Below are positions 13,759 to 27,151 of a stretch of 64,000 nucleotides of DNA, piece after piece (position 1 is the stretch's first letter; each line of letters begins with the position of its first letter). Source of the stretch: Lama glama (lineage: Eukaryota); assembly GCA_028534125.1 (NCBI GenBank), contig CM052816.1:89406001-89470000 (forward strand), in the 5' to 3' direction. The translations under genes and the position numbers were made by a program. The notes under the pieces were generated by a model that ran no database searches, had not been told where the DNA came from, and saw only the letters and a program-made list of their open reading frames with translations.

Positions 13759-13824
13759 TATGGATGTAGGAAAAGTAGGAAAATTATGCCTATGAATGTA
13801 GGAAAAGTAGGAAAATTATGCCTA
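13759..13824. repeat. Tandem duplication, 2 x 32 bp
   Basis: tatggatgtaggaaaagtaggaaaattatgcc / tatgaatgtaggaaaagtaggaaaattatgcc, one mismatch. Confidence 0.95.
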
Positions 13825-16269
13825 CTTTCAATTTTTACTATGCAGTTTTCTATCTATAACATTCTGCCTATTCATGCACTGACTTTGAATTGAAGGTAAT
13901 TTTAAACTCACATCATAATTTCAAAGATATAGCTACTTTAAAGATAAATATCTAACCTTTGGAAATATTTTATTATTTATTGAGTCAAATTCGACATACA
14001 CAATACAGAAAACCACTTTCTTGACCTTTGGATTCCAAAGGGTTGCTATCACTGATTTTAATTTTCTATGTATCTACTAAATTGTGTTTCAAGTAGCTAT
14101 AAACAGAATAATGTCTTTGAGCTCAGAGTACAAAATTACGAAATAGCAGTAATGTTCTTAGAAAAACAGATAAAGCTAATTTATTTTCAGAAAACATCCA
14201 TATTTTAAAATATGGATTCACATCAATTATTTCCTCCGAATAAGTTCATTATCAAGAATGTGACCTATTCTGAGCTACAGGTTGAAGTTTCTGGTTCCGT
14301 AGTGTTACAGTTCTTTGCAGACATGATCAAATAGCTCCCAGGTTTGATAAGACAGGAATATATAAACAGACATAGAATTTATCTGCAATTGAGAAGTGCA
14401 TTGTTTATGGTATTTAGAAATGTGTCACTTGCCGGGGACAGGAGGAAGATTGCATGTGGATTTCCGTAAGGCGTCCCTGACTAATAAGAGACTTGGAGCA
14501 GGCAAGATACAAACTGCTTCCCTGGATAGGCCTTGCATTCATCTGAGGGAGAGAGAGGCGGATCACTGAACGGGAGCCACACAGGCTTAGATGGGTTCAC
14601 TCTGTCTCTGGGAACTCATAGTCCAATCATATCACTGTGTCAGTTTTCTTCTGATGATTTTCTATAGTATCTTGGGAAGATACGGTCAAGTTTATTAATA
14701 AACCTTGAATAAAATGATCCATGCTTTACAGTTTGCTAGTGTCCTGACGAGTAAAAAGGAATTCTTTATATCACACATTAACGATTCAAATATAGACCAC
14801 TTATGGAAACCAATATGTCTACAGTCAAAATGAATACATATTTAATACATGATTTTGCATTTAGAATACAATTTACATGGTGTATCAGTTTTATGTTGTT
14901 CTATTAACATGAGTTATGTGAAGTATGCCACTGAGATTCATTTATAGCTAATTATTCTCATTCCAATAAACCACAAGATTTAATTTCCTTTTGTATTTGA
15001 AAAATCAGAGAATCACCTGTAGTATCTGCCAAATATTGGGACATACGTGGCGGAGCATCATATTTTTAGCCCGTAAAACTGGTGTTACCTTCTACTTCTC
15101 CAGATATTTTTTTCTTTGTTAAAAAAATGGTTTGTGTTTCAACTGAAGCTTCCAGGTACTTCAATATCTCATATAAAAGCAAAATTACTTATCGTAGGAT
15201 TTATTTCAACTAATTCATTCATCCTGTCAGTGTCTGTTCCTTGTCTTGTATCTGCTAGGCTCTGAAATGTTAACTTTGTTCAGTTAATGGAATGAAATCA
15301 AAGTCTAAATCCTCCTTCTCAGATATAAAGAAAAAAAATTACCAGGAAACCAAACAAAACTTCTGAACTGGCCCTTACAATTATATAAATTAACTGCGTC
15401 CATCGTACTTTCCCTATAGAATGAGACAAAATATGTCCGATCTTATTTTAAGCCACCTTTATAAATAGTGAATATGTTGGGTCTTATTGAGAACAACTGG
15501 GTGGCTCCTGTGGTCTCTTTTTAGATAATAAATCATATTCAAAATGAGATTCCACTGAAAACTCTTTTCAGTGGTGACAGCATTTAGACAAACTCCACTC
15601 TCTCTGTCACTAAAGGTTATGTTAATTTGCAATATCCCTATATCCTCTGTAGTGCATCTTTGCCCATAAAGTACACTGACACTTACAGTTTCTTCTAAGT
15701 TTATCATGAATGTATTTTTAAGCCCCAAATCAAGACACAAGTTTTTTTTTAAAGAATGTTTAGAGAATTATTTACATGAAAGCTTTAGACAGATGGAAAA
15801 AGTCTATACTTAAGTTAATGGTCTTTATTAAAAATTAATTAAACTCCATGCACTCTTGACTACCACAACCTATTCAACCATTTTTAAATCATAACAAAAT
15901 AGAGCAATGAGGCTTATTTGTCCCATGAGATATTTATATGATACTATGTGGTAATTCCAAGGATGAATGACCCATTACAGCTAACTGGTCTGGAACACAA
16001 ATGGCCTATAGTTACCTAATCTTTGAAATCTATGAAATAACGCAGTTGATTTGCTTTTAGTAATTAAATAGTCTTTTCTATGGGGACATGTAAAACTGTA
16101 CTGGTGAACAAAACTCCTTCAACTGCCAATAAAAATTCTGAGTTTTCATTTGCTTCCAGGGTTCCAACTTAAAGAGACAGTTAACTTGAATGAAATGCAA
16201 TATTGTATTTACTTTGAAGTTCAGACATGATCTGAAAAGAGGCAAAAGATCACTGGTAAGCTCTGGGAA

Positions 16270-16460
16270 GCAAATTTTATAAGAGTGTGAACATTGGATC
16301 CAGATTTAGATGATAGAGTTACATTTCTTTTCCATCATATGCTCCCCATGTGGCCTAATTAAATCAGTTCTTGACCCTAAGCTTCAATTTTCTCCCTTAT
16401 AAAATGAGAATAAAAATGCCTCCCTTAATTTCGTGTCAGGATAGATGTGAATATTTAGAG
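16270..16460 (+). mobile_element. MIR SINE
   Basis: cctaagcttcaattttctcccttataaaatgagaataaaaatgcctccc core. Confidence 0.6.
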
Positions 16461-17673
16461 ACTTATACACAAGGACACACACAGGCAGAACTGCACACAT
16501 ACAAATCATACCAAGGAATTATCATTGTAATATAATTTAATTGCCATAAAGTGGCACTGCAATGTATAAGTAAATAACTGGAAATATATAATCTTATTTG
16601 ACATTGGGTAACGGGAGTGCAATCAACCCTCTTTTAACTTCTGTGTTTGAGGCTATGTTCTAGCTTTTGATTGGCGATGTTGAAGATAAGCTCACTTCTG
16701 GAAATTGTTTAACCTTCTCACACATGTAAGGAAATTTAACTTTGGTTGTAGTTGAAGTTAAAGGTTGATATACCTGGTGCTTGCAATAAATTCTGACTTT
16801 GACTCAAAGAGCTGAAATTATCCAAGTGTCAACTCAGGGAGCAGTAACCTGTTCCTGATTGCAGCCCCTAGGATGCTGATTGCCATGTGGAAACCTGTGT
16901 AGAGGACAAGCCCGTGTGTCACTGTCAGTCAACTTTGGAACAATAATTGCAATTTTGTGACTATTTTTGTAATTGATTGTATGTCAGGCAAAAAAAAATC
17001 TATTATATTTTCAGGCTTTGAATGTGTTCTTAGTTTTTCTTGGGGTCGACAAGCTATTTCTGTTGTATAAGCAGATCAGTGATCATTCATTTGGTCTCTC
17101 TCTGGGTAGCAAAATGATATCTAATATCCAAGAGCCCTGAACCCTTAGATTTAACCCTATGATGATTTTTTCTCAAAGTAGCCTTTGTAGCAAACATACA
17201 CATACAACATAACCACAGTTTATGCCCCTAATGTGTACTTGCTCAATAAAAAAAAATCATTAGTTTGGAGACAGATGGTCAATAGAAAAAAATAATTATG
17301 AGTGTATCCTTCCAACAAATTGCTGCATTGTTCTGTATGCACACACACAGTCCTGGTGCTTTAATTCCCTGTCCGTTTCACACACACATGCATGAACGTG
17401 TGCACACAGTCACACACCAGGAAAGTGGTATTTTGTTGTACCAAAGTCAATCAAGTGGAATAAAGGACAAAGCTCCAGGTTCAATCGATGCTAATTACCT
17501 GAGCACCACTCTGTCTCAGGCACTGTCTTAGGTGTTATTAAGCACTGTTCCCAAACTGTAGCAAGATCTCCTCTCCTCTTGACATAATTTCTCCTAGCGA
17601 TCCCTCTTGAAGTGCCACCTAAGCCTTCTGACCTTATTGTATGATGTAATTCATCATATGTAGTTGACCTTGT

Positions 17674-17780
17674 CATTCATTTATTCAACAAGTATTCATT
17701 ACCATTCAATAAACACTCATTAACATTCATCTCCAACAAAGTGCCAGAGCTTCTAGCAGGTAATAGGAATGAAAGGTAAA
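17674..17780 (-). mobile_element. L2 3'-end fragment
   Basis: cattcatttattcaacaagtatt...gtgccagag. Confidence 0.55.
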
Positions 17781-19552
17781 GATTAACAACCCGCCCCTGC
17801 CATCATACACGTACACACAGAAAGCTTAATTATAAATTAACTTGAGAATCTATGTACTGGGCATTGCAGCAGCATGATTGTTAAGCTAGTGAAATATGGA
17901 CTCAGGAATGTGAAATACCTTTTAATATCAATCAAAGTTTGTATTTTACCTTCTTTAAGACTTTCTATAGCTGCTTTAAAATATGTGCAAATTATTTTTT
18001 TCTTATTTTCTTGTTGTCAGATAAGTTACGAATTCAAAATAGATGAGTATATGGAAAAAAAATACTCTTGGTTATCACTTTCTGTCATTAATTTTCATTT
18101 AAAAGATTTTTTAATTTTCCTAAATAGAATTTTGCTTACATCCTCTATACTTTCCAGTCACATTGTTCAGAACAGATTTCAATAATGTACAGTCGTCCAG
18201 AGAATGCATAGCTTGAGAAGATGGCCTGAAAACTTTAAGTACTCTCTTACAGAGAGTCTCCTCTTAGATTGAGGAGCCTGGACCTACTAATGTGGTGGAA
18301 GCTCCTTCTCATCCTTGGAGGCTGGGTTATGTTTGTGCACCCCTTTTTGCAAATGTATGTGCATGTACAAGCTTATGGACTAAAACGTGCAAAAGAGGAA
18401 AATAGACAACTATCCTAAATCTGAGACGGATTAGAACAAATTTGGAATGGAATTTGACCCAGATTTCTCAGTTTCCACATTCCTGGTATTGTTTCCTAGA
18501 GGCCTCATCCATATTTTTGATTATTTACAATCAGTATTTTGTAACCAAGTTATAAGTAAAGTTTGGGAAAGATTAAAACCAAGTGCCAAAGTGAGATACC
18601 AAGAAATTTCAGGAATGGATATGGAGGGAGATAACAGACTACTAATTATATAGAAATAATAAAATCCTTCCCAGTGAGAAATTCCCAAGGAAGATGCACT
18701 TGAATTCTTTTAGACAACTTTAAAAGTTTTAACTTACTTTTTAACTTTTCAAAACACAAAGTTGATTTCAATTATTTGACATTATTTCTAAGACTATTTA
18801 TTGCTTGAAATTGAAAAATATGGTTTTTCTTTTACTAACTCTGAGAGTGGAGATTTAGAGGTATTATTGATTTAACAAACAGTAAGAGGATTGCTGTTGA
18901 AATAAACACCTGTTTTGAAACAATTTTTATAAGTGTTGCTTATAAACACTGTCTAAACTTCGAAGATGGCTGAAATGTTGACTATTAGAGCCCTCTTTTC
19001 TTTCTGAGTGTTCTCTATATTTTCAAAGAATTTTATGTAAATACTTAATAAAGCTCTCTATAGTTCAGAAATCTAGATATAAACTGAGAATCTACAATAC
19101 TTAAGATCATATAATCAACTCTTTTGATATTACAGGTATAATGTCTTCCTTTAATTAAATTATATTTAAAGAAACACAAGCTAATTAAGTGTATACTGAA
19201 TCACTTTTCCACCTTAGGTGATTGTCTGTGATGAGTTGAAAGGAGCAAGGCTAATTTTTTTTCAAATAAATTTAAATTAGTACACAGTTACTACTATTTT
19301 GTTTATACAGTAATGGCTTAATTAAAATCACATGATTTTCTAGACAGTAAAACTACAGTTTCTTTTCCTTCTTTCTTTGTTATGTTTTCAGTGCCCCACA
19401 ATTTTGTCCATAGGTTCTTGTCACTAGCTGGCTGGGATCCTTGATTGGGTTTTCGTGGCAGGGAAAACATTTGTGATAATTCTAGTTGTAATTATAAGTG
19501 CCCTGTTTCTCTGTGACAATGCAAATAGTTGTGATTTGGTGAACTTGAAATA

Positions 19553-20040
19553 CAGTGGGTTCTGCTATAAGCTTATTTTGTAAACACAAGCGTACTCCAA
19601 AGTGATAATTTTTGCATACTGCAAATTTTGTATTTGCTTATGCACTATTTGATCCATAAGAAATACAAGGTGAATACAGAAGACTGCATCCAACTGAATA
19701 CACAATATGTGCACACACACACACACACACACTTCAGACATCTACCAGCTATGTCACTGCAGGTGTAATGAGCCCCCCCCACACCTACTCACATCATGTG
19801 TTACAACTTTCCCATCCTATTTCAGAGAACACATCTTCTATCCCTCGACTGTAATTCAAGCTGCATCTTTTCCAATAGCCACTTTTATGAGCAAATTCAA
19901 GGGTTTTTTCTAAGATTAATTGCCATATTTATTGCAGCATTAATGTATTTCTTAAGCATTTAGCAGTTACAAACTGTTTTCATTAGGTTTCTGATTTGTA
20001 ATTTATTATGTTACTGACAGTTTATAGGTGTTATTTTCCC
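19553..20040 (+). mobile_element. Tigger13a-like TcMar DNA transposon (partial)
   Basis: TA followed by cagtgggttctgctataa terminus; internal tttgcttatgc, catctaccagcta, gttacaactttcc, tgccatatttattg, with an embedded (CA)n. Confidence 0.75.
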
Positions 20041-20279
20041 ATCTGAACAAAGTTATATTTTACATATTTCTATCCTATCTTTTATTATTCCTATGCATAT
20101 ATATATATAATACATATAATAAAATGTATTTATATTTTATTATATTATGAATGTAATTATATTTTATTATATTAAACATTGTTCTATTAATGAATTTTCT
20201 TTTTTCTGAGTACTTTGGTCTTTTAAATAACACCTTTATCACCTTGATCAATATATATTTATTTATATACGTTAATATA

Positions 20280-20400
20280 TGGTGTGGTGGGATGAGAGAA
20301 ATAGGTGAGGGAGGTGAGGAGGTACAAATATCCATTTACAGAATAAATGATTCAAGGGTGATTCTGTATAAAAAAGAACAAAATATATATTTAAATAATT
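20280..20400 (+). mobile_element. L1 3'UTR fragment
   Basis: gaaataggtgagggaggtgaggaggtacaaatatccatttacagaataaat resembles the reverse complement of the L1MA9-like 3' ends elsewhere in the window. Confidence 0.6.
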
Positions 20401-21234
20401 TCATCCATCTCTAATTATTTCCTTGGCAGAAAAAAAATGTTTGCAAATTAAGTTGTTGCTATTTCTTAATAAAATTATACATTTTGCAGTGTTGTGAAAA
20501 TGATAAACTGACATCTGTGTAAAGTAAGCTACTTTTCTAATTTCTCCCAATAAGTAAAATCAGTAGGGCAGTGAGCTTACGATTTTATAGGGATGATTGG
20601 AAGAGTTTCTTAACTGGAAGGGGAAATGATCTGAAGAAGAAACAATGAAAAAGTATAGAAAGGGAAACCAAATAAAATCATGCCACGGAGAAGTTAGCAG
20701 AAAAGGAAATGATGATAACTACAAAGCAACTCTCCAAATCAGAGCAGCTCTTTCCTTCTGTCTCATTCACTCGCTGTGCACCCTTCCTAGCTCTCTGGGA
20801 CCTCACGGCCCCTGGGGCGTGCAGCATGGGTGAGCACCTACTGGTTTCCTTTCTTTTTTATCCTCTCTCTTTGAATTTTTTTTTTTTTGCAAAAATATTT
20901 GGATTTTTTCATTTAAATTCTTACGTGAAAATCCGTTTTTTATATAGTGCCTTCACTGTGCAAAATCAACTTAAATGTTCTGACCTCTTACATTTGCAAA
21001 TCCTTAGGAAGAACATTTCTCATTTCCTGCCTATTAAGTTGAACCCTCTGCTCCTCCCCAAATTCACTATGATGTAAACTTATTACTTGAATATTATCAT
21101 TTCTGCTACTATGTCAGAAAAACTAGAGGATGTAATGCAGCAAACTGTACCTTTTTCTCTTCATTTCCTATTCAGTTAGTGAGGATCTTGTGAAATTTGA
21201 TTTGCATAAATGTTTCTTTGTTAAGGATGCGATT

Positions 21235-21410
21235 TGTGTAATGATAGAGAGGTCAGACTGCCTGGACCTTGGTCTGACTTCACCCATTTCGCCCGTGTGA
21301 ACTCGATCAAGTAATTTAAAGGGAGAATATCATACCATCGCTCCCACAGCTTTATGGTAACAATTACATGTGTTTATAATTGTAGAGTTTGCTGCATAGA
21401 AAACTACCAT
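21235..21410 (+). mobile_element. MIR SINE
   Basis: ggtcagactgcctgg...tgtgaactcgatcaagtaatttaa. Confidence 0.55.
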
Positions 21411-22713
21411 AGTATTTTAAGCGTTATTATTCTGATTGCAGGAGTAAGTTAGGCTTGTGAAATTTAAACCATGAAAAAGTGGGATGCAGGAAGCTGACTG
21501 AAGTTATTTGAGTTAATTAAAAGAAATATTTTAGTAACATTTTTATAGAGATATTTGGATTCACTATCCAAAGAAATATCACAAGAAATATCTGGAAATT
21601 TATATTTCTTCTTAAAATTCTGGTTCCTATTAATTTCTATGTGGGTTAATAAGGCTTAAAATTTCCAAAAATCTGGATATAAGCCAGAACTAAAACACTT
21701 CTACATTATAATCATCTGGTTTTGTCAAAAATATTGTTTAATCGCTAAAATAAATAGCTAGAAACATATAAATAACTATCTCAAAAGACTATCGTGGCTT
21801 TTTGAATATTTCAGAAGCCGTAAGATATTACTCTTTGGTACATAATTTGGTTTCTGAAGATATTTAATCTAATGATATTTAACCTGACAGCTTCTAGTAA
21901 TTACTAGCAGTCTAAAAAGAAGCCAAATAGAAAAAGAAAAAGAAAAGGAAAATACTGGAGCATCGTGAAAGGGCAACCATTTATGGATTAGCTTTCTCAT
22001 TTCCTTTGTGTCTCAAATTAGAAAAAAAATTGATTAATATGGCAAAATATTGTTTACTGTTAAATAAAATAAGTCATTATTGTTCTTGGTGAAATGTGGA
22101 TGGGCGTCACCTCAAGAAATTTCTCATTTTATCATATCCCAGCAACTATGTATCTTAAGAAAAATCATTTCTGAAAATAACTGTGTTGAACATTATTTTA
22201 CTGTTGTCTATAACGAGAGGGTTTGAGTTTTAAAATCTGGACTTTTAAATTATCACTGACAAGGAGATTAAAAACAAACGCTGCCATCAAATATTATCAT
22301 TGACAATATCCCTGTTCCCAATAAAGCCATACTTTGTTTTTCAATACAGGGGTTGACAGAATATTTCTCAAAGCTTCTTATCTTTCTGTCAGATAATGCC
22401 TATGTTATTATCATATTGTTTTTGTTCACTCACATCACTGTTCCTATGGAGTTGGTCTTTCAAAGTAAGCTCTCCTGCACTTTCAGGGGATTAACATCAC
22501 CAACCAGTAAAGAAAATTGTACTAAATTATTTGGTCCTTTATTAACATTGCTGAAGATTAAAACACTTATGGGAATCATATAGAGAAAAACTGTGGGCAC
22601 AGATCAATTTATTTCAGAGAAAATGAAGAATTACGATTAGTCTTCTCAATACCAAGGGTATCAGCAGGATAACACGAGAGGAGATGACCGATTCTACAAG
22701 TAAAAGGAGTTTT

Positions 22714-22912
22714 CATTCATTTACTAAGCATTCTTCCAAGTGCTTTACGTTAATTCCCACCGCAGCTCTATAAATGTGACAATAATGTTATCTGGATTTT
22801 ATAGATGGGCAAACTGGAACACAGTAAAGTGAAAACATTCTCCCGAGGTCACATGGGTAGTCTGTAGTGGATATGCGGTTCAGACGCTGCAGGTCGGCCG
22901 TTTACCACTAGG
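22714..22912 (-). mobile_element. MIR SINE
   Basis: attttatagatgggcaaactgga...cccgaggtcaca. Confidence 0.7.
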
Positions 22913-24089
22913 TGATGTTGGCTGATCTATCAGCTTGAGGGTTGTTCATGTATCTCAGGGCAGCTGTAGAATGGCTCCAACCACTGAGGTCTTAATTAGC
23001 CTATGCTTCTCAGTCTTTCCCCAAACAACAAATCGTTTGGATTTGGGGAGGAGGAAAGCTAGGTGTACACTATGCATAGTTAATAATCTGCACATGTTTA
23101 TTGCAAAAGATCCAAGATTTGTTCCTACATGCCAGCACTCCTTTCTCCATCACTGGTAACGACTATCTTGTGATACAAAGAACTCATCGTGCATTGTGTA
23201 TTACGGCCTACTCAAGTCATGCTCTTCGCCTGCCTTCTGCATTAAGACACACAGATGCTTATCTTGTTCCATTTACACGCACTTAGGCTTCAGAATTAGG
23301 TTTTTCCTTTGCATTCACGATTCTTCCACCTTTAGTCTTCCACGGTTTATGTTTGTTGTCTGTTTTTGTAATCTAGTTTATTCATCCTATAATTTTCTAT
23401 CATAAATCAAGACAAACCTAGAAATTGAATCAATTAAGCTTCAATTGATTTCTTTAATGAAATCCTATTTGACAAGTTTCTGTCTCAAAATTATGTAACC
23501 TAGCACTAAGAACATAAGACTCAGCAATTTTCATCAGGCAAACTTCTCCCACATTTATAAGTCTGAATGGGACACCAGGGGAGAGAAATGCGAAAGCACG
23601 GCTGACTTAGTGTCAACTTTAGACTCTTCTAATTCTAACTCGAATGAAACATTAGGAAGTTAAAAAGGATCTGTTGAGTAAATAAACAAGGGTATTGTCA
23701 ATGGTGTATTCACTTGAAATATTTTGAAAGCAATGCTTTTACCCATTACAACGTCTAGTGTTAAATTTTCTTAATTATTTTCCATTGTAACTGAAAGAGC
23801 TTGTTCTATTCACCGAATCTTAGATTTGATGTAAGAAGCACAGAAACTCGCAACCTGAGAGCACATTAATGCTCGTCAGTTTTCTCTTTGACTAACTGCT
23901 CAGTCCCTGAACTTTACCGGCTTCTTAAATTGATAAATTACTTGAATAACATAATCTACTCTACTTTTTTTTGAGCAAAACCTTAACCCTTGCCCATAAA
24001 TCTCTAATAAATTTCAAACTGGTGTGTGTGTGTCTAAGTGCTTACTGGGTGTTTCTGCTTGATACACACCAGTGCTACAAGCTATGATA

Positions 24090-25320
24090 TATGCACTCAG
24101 AGTGTCCACTTCTTTTCTTTTCTCATCACTTACTCATTTGGCTGAGCCAGATAGTAACCTAGACATCTTTCTAGAATTGTCCTTTTATTTCACCTCCTTA
24201 GACTTAATCTATCTTCGTGGAAGTTTGACAAATTCTCTATAGTACATTTTGATTCTCTCAGCTCTTCTTCATTCCCATTAATAATAGATTATCATTTGTC
24301 ATTTTCCTCAAAAGTATAGCAAAGTCACCCAGCTGATCTGCTGTCTCCTGTGTTGGGTTCCCTGGATTCTCTCATCCCTGTGGAGCAGAAATCCTGGAGT
24401 GGGTTTTGAAAGGTAGATGAATATCTTGAAACTTTTTGTAAAATTATTATTTCCAGCCTCATCAAAGACTTCTTCATATCCGTGCAAAGTGAGAATGAGC
24501 TGTTTAAGGTATATCTTACCATGTTATTAACGTACTTAAAATTCTTCAGTATTTCCCAATTTTTAGAAGTAAAAGTGTCACAGAAGCCCCTTTATGTTCA
24601 GATATTTGATTCAGTCTTTAGCCACACATCTAACCATCCTTCAGTGCATAACACACACTTTCTGCTTTCCTTCTTTGCCCTCTCTAGTAATAAATGTTTA
24701 TATTCCTTACAATCTATGCAGATAGACTGGTTATTTCATGTAATTTCTTCTCACTGGCAGAATTTGCTATTACTTAAAAGTCCTATATTGAAAGCATAAC
24801 TAATTTGCACCATTACTTTACCTTAATCCATTAAATCATTTCCATATTTTATCTGAAAAAAAAACTTTAGCAATTGTTAATAAAAGGCATCATCTTTATA
24901 GAGTTTACCAATATAAGCTTCTCTTGGTCCTTCCCTGCTAATCTTTTGTGTAGAATTCTCTCTGTGACTATTATTCTCCAGACCAGTAGGGGAATCTACC
25001 CCCTTCCCCACTTCCCTATTTCCCCTACTCCCACTCATTTTTCAGATCCCTTCCAAATGTAGCTTCTCCTTGTGCTCAGCTTCCCCTTTCAGTACGTCAC
25101 AAAATACTGGACCAGAAGAGTCAATGTTGCCTGAGAACCTGTTAGCTAAGCAAATTCTCAAGCCTCACCAAGATCTTCACGTATACCAAGACACTAAGAT
25201 CCAGAAGATAGAAATTGTTTTGTTTTGCTTTGTTTTAGGTTGTTGGTGTTAACTATTCTGTTTGCCATACTTGTACCTGGCATAAAGTAGGCGCTCAGTA
25301 AATATTTGCTGAATACTGAA
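24090..25320 (+). mobile_element. Degraded L2 fragments with a short MER5A-like piece (~25125-25200)
   Basis: L2 tail tacctggcataaagtaggcgctcagtaaatatttgctgaat at ~25275-25315; MER5A-like cctgagaacctgttag..gcaaattctca. Confidence 0.5.
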
Positions 25321-27091
25321 TACACAGGTGAAATCGTTTCTGGTTTTTCCCTTGACCTTTTTGTTATTCTGTAACCTCATTACTCTGATCTATTTCTTTC
25401 CCTCCACAGGTAGATAGATAGACAGACAGACATATATGGATATACTTACATACCTATATATGGAGATATATATATGCATACATACATATACACATACATT
25501 ATTGAGATATGTTGAATTTTCCAGTAATACATATTTTCCTCTCATTTTCTCAGGCAGAGTGATCATTATAAAGATTGCACAAACCAAGCTTGATCTAATA
25601 TTCTGTTCTAAAAATTTATTTTACTCTATGACTGTCTATATAAACACAGTATGTTACACTCAAGGTGTTATGAAAAACTAGGAATCAAATCATTTAGTAT
25701 CTCAATTTGGGGTATATTATTTTATTCCTAGTTTAAATATAGCCTTACAAACAATTATGGTTTAATACAGCAAAATAGACCAGTTTTAAACCATTTAGAT
25801 TACTGAAATTTATATAGATGCAGTATTAGCACAAGGAAACAGATGTTTGTCCTGGTATGACTGTTTCAGGGCTGAGATGTCATCCACTCTGGGAGCATAA
25901 TGATAGTTGACCTTGTAGTGACCTCCGTTTCTTGTTTTTGACAATTAAGAAACATCATTCATTACAAGACTATGTTCAATTATTTTTAAAAATCTTTCAT
26001 TCATACATCTTCTAAACCACACTGTGCTCTTTGACTTTCATTTATTTCATTCAAAACTGAGCTAATCTGATAAGTCTTTTATTATTTTATATGATAGTGA
26101 CAGTAATTCTCTGCAGAACTCTTGATAGACACTTATCTCTTATTAATTAAATGGCTAGCATTTACATTTTAAATTATTATAACAGGTCTTTTATGATAGT
26201 GGTCTCGTGCCCTAGAAGAATAGAGAAATATTTAAAATAAGTGGAAGGTCATTATCGTCTTATATGTCTTTTCAAAGCTAATGAGAATCATAGAAACTAA
26301 TAGAATATTAATGAGGTCTTTATGTCAGTTTAAAGTCTGAGTGAAAATGTTGTAACAATATACATTCAAATGCTTTCTTCGATGCGTGCAAAGACCACAT
26401 ACTCCCAGACTCACAGAGAGTATCCTAGTGTTGTCTCATTCAAAATGCACAGGAAAAATAAAATGTCATTGCATATAAAGGTTTTTAATTTGTAACTACC
26501 AAGGTAGTCATTTCAGATAATTTGTCCATTCAAATTTATATTTTTGCATTGACAATGTCCCTGTCATTATATCAAAGTAATCAATAGATCAACTACAGTT
26601 TTGGAGGAAATGAAAGAGTATTTCATGTTTGATTACCTTTATTATCACTGGTAAAACTAAATACCCCAAAATATTTTGAAACACTTTTCACTATTGTGAA
26701 TGTCACATGGCTAATTAGGGAGTAAAAAATACAACTAAACTGGTGTTCTAGCATTGTAAGTAAATTCTTATTGTAAATGGCATTTTTTTGGTATATCAAC
26801 CACATTGAGGTAAGGACAATTATCAATTGGATTTTTAGGTTAAAGATTAAAATAATTCATCAATGTGAGGACATTCAAATATATAAAACTTTGTAAAACA
26901 AGGTATTTGAGTAAAAATACATTTGGACCCTTTGATAAAATAATATAAGTACATGTATACATTTATCTTTTGTTTAAATTGGTAAATATACTATATACAT
27001 TATCTGTAATAAATAATAATATTTAAATAGTCTGTTAAATTACTTTGAATATTACTCCTATTTTTGTATCACTCAGGATTAGCAAACTATG

Positions 27092-27151
27092 CACATATGT
27101 GTGTGTATATATATATGTATGTATGTGTATATATATATATATACACACACA
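27092..27151. repeat. Compound (TG)/(TA)/(CA) microsatellite
   Basis: Directly visible. Confidence 0.9.

Noticed and set aside
14741..14780. CTGACGAG followed by a short stem, hammerhead-like
   Set aside because: The required GAAA after stem II and stems I/III are absent.
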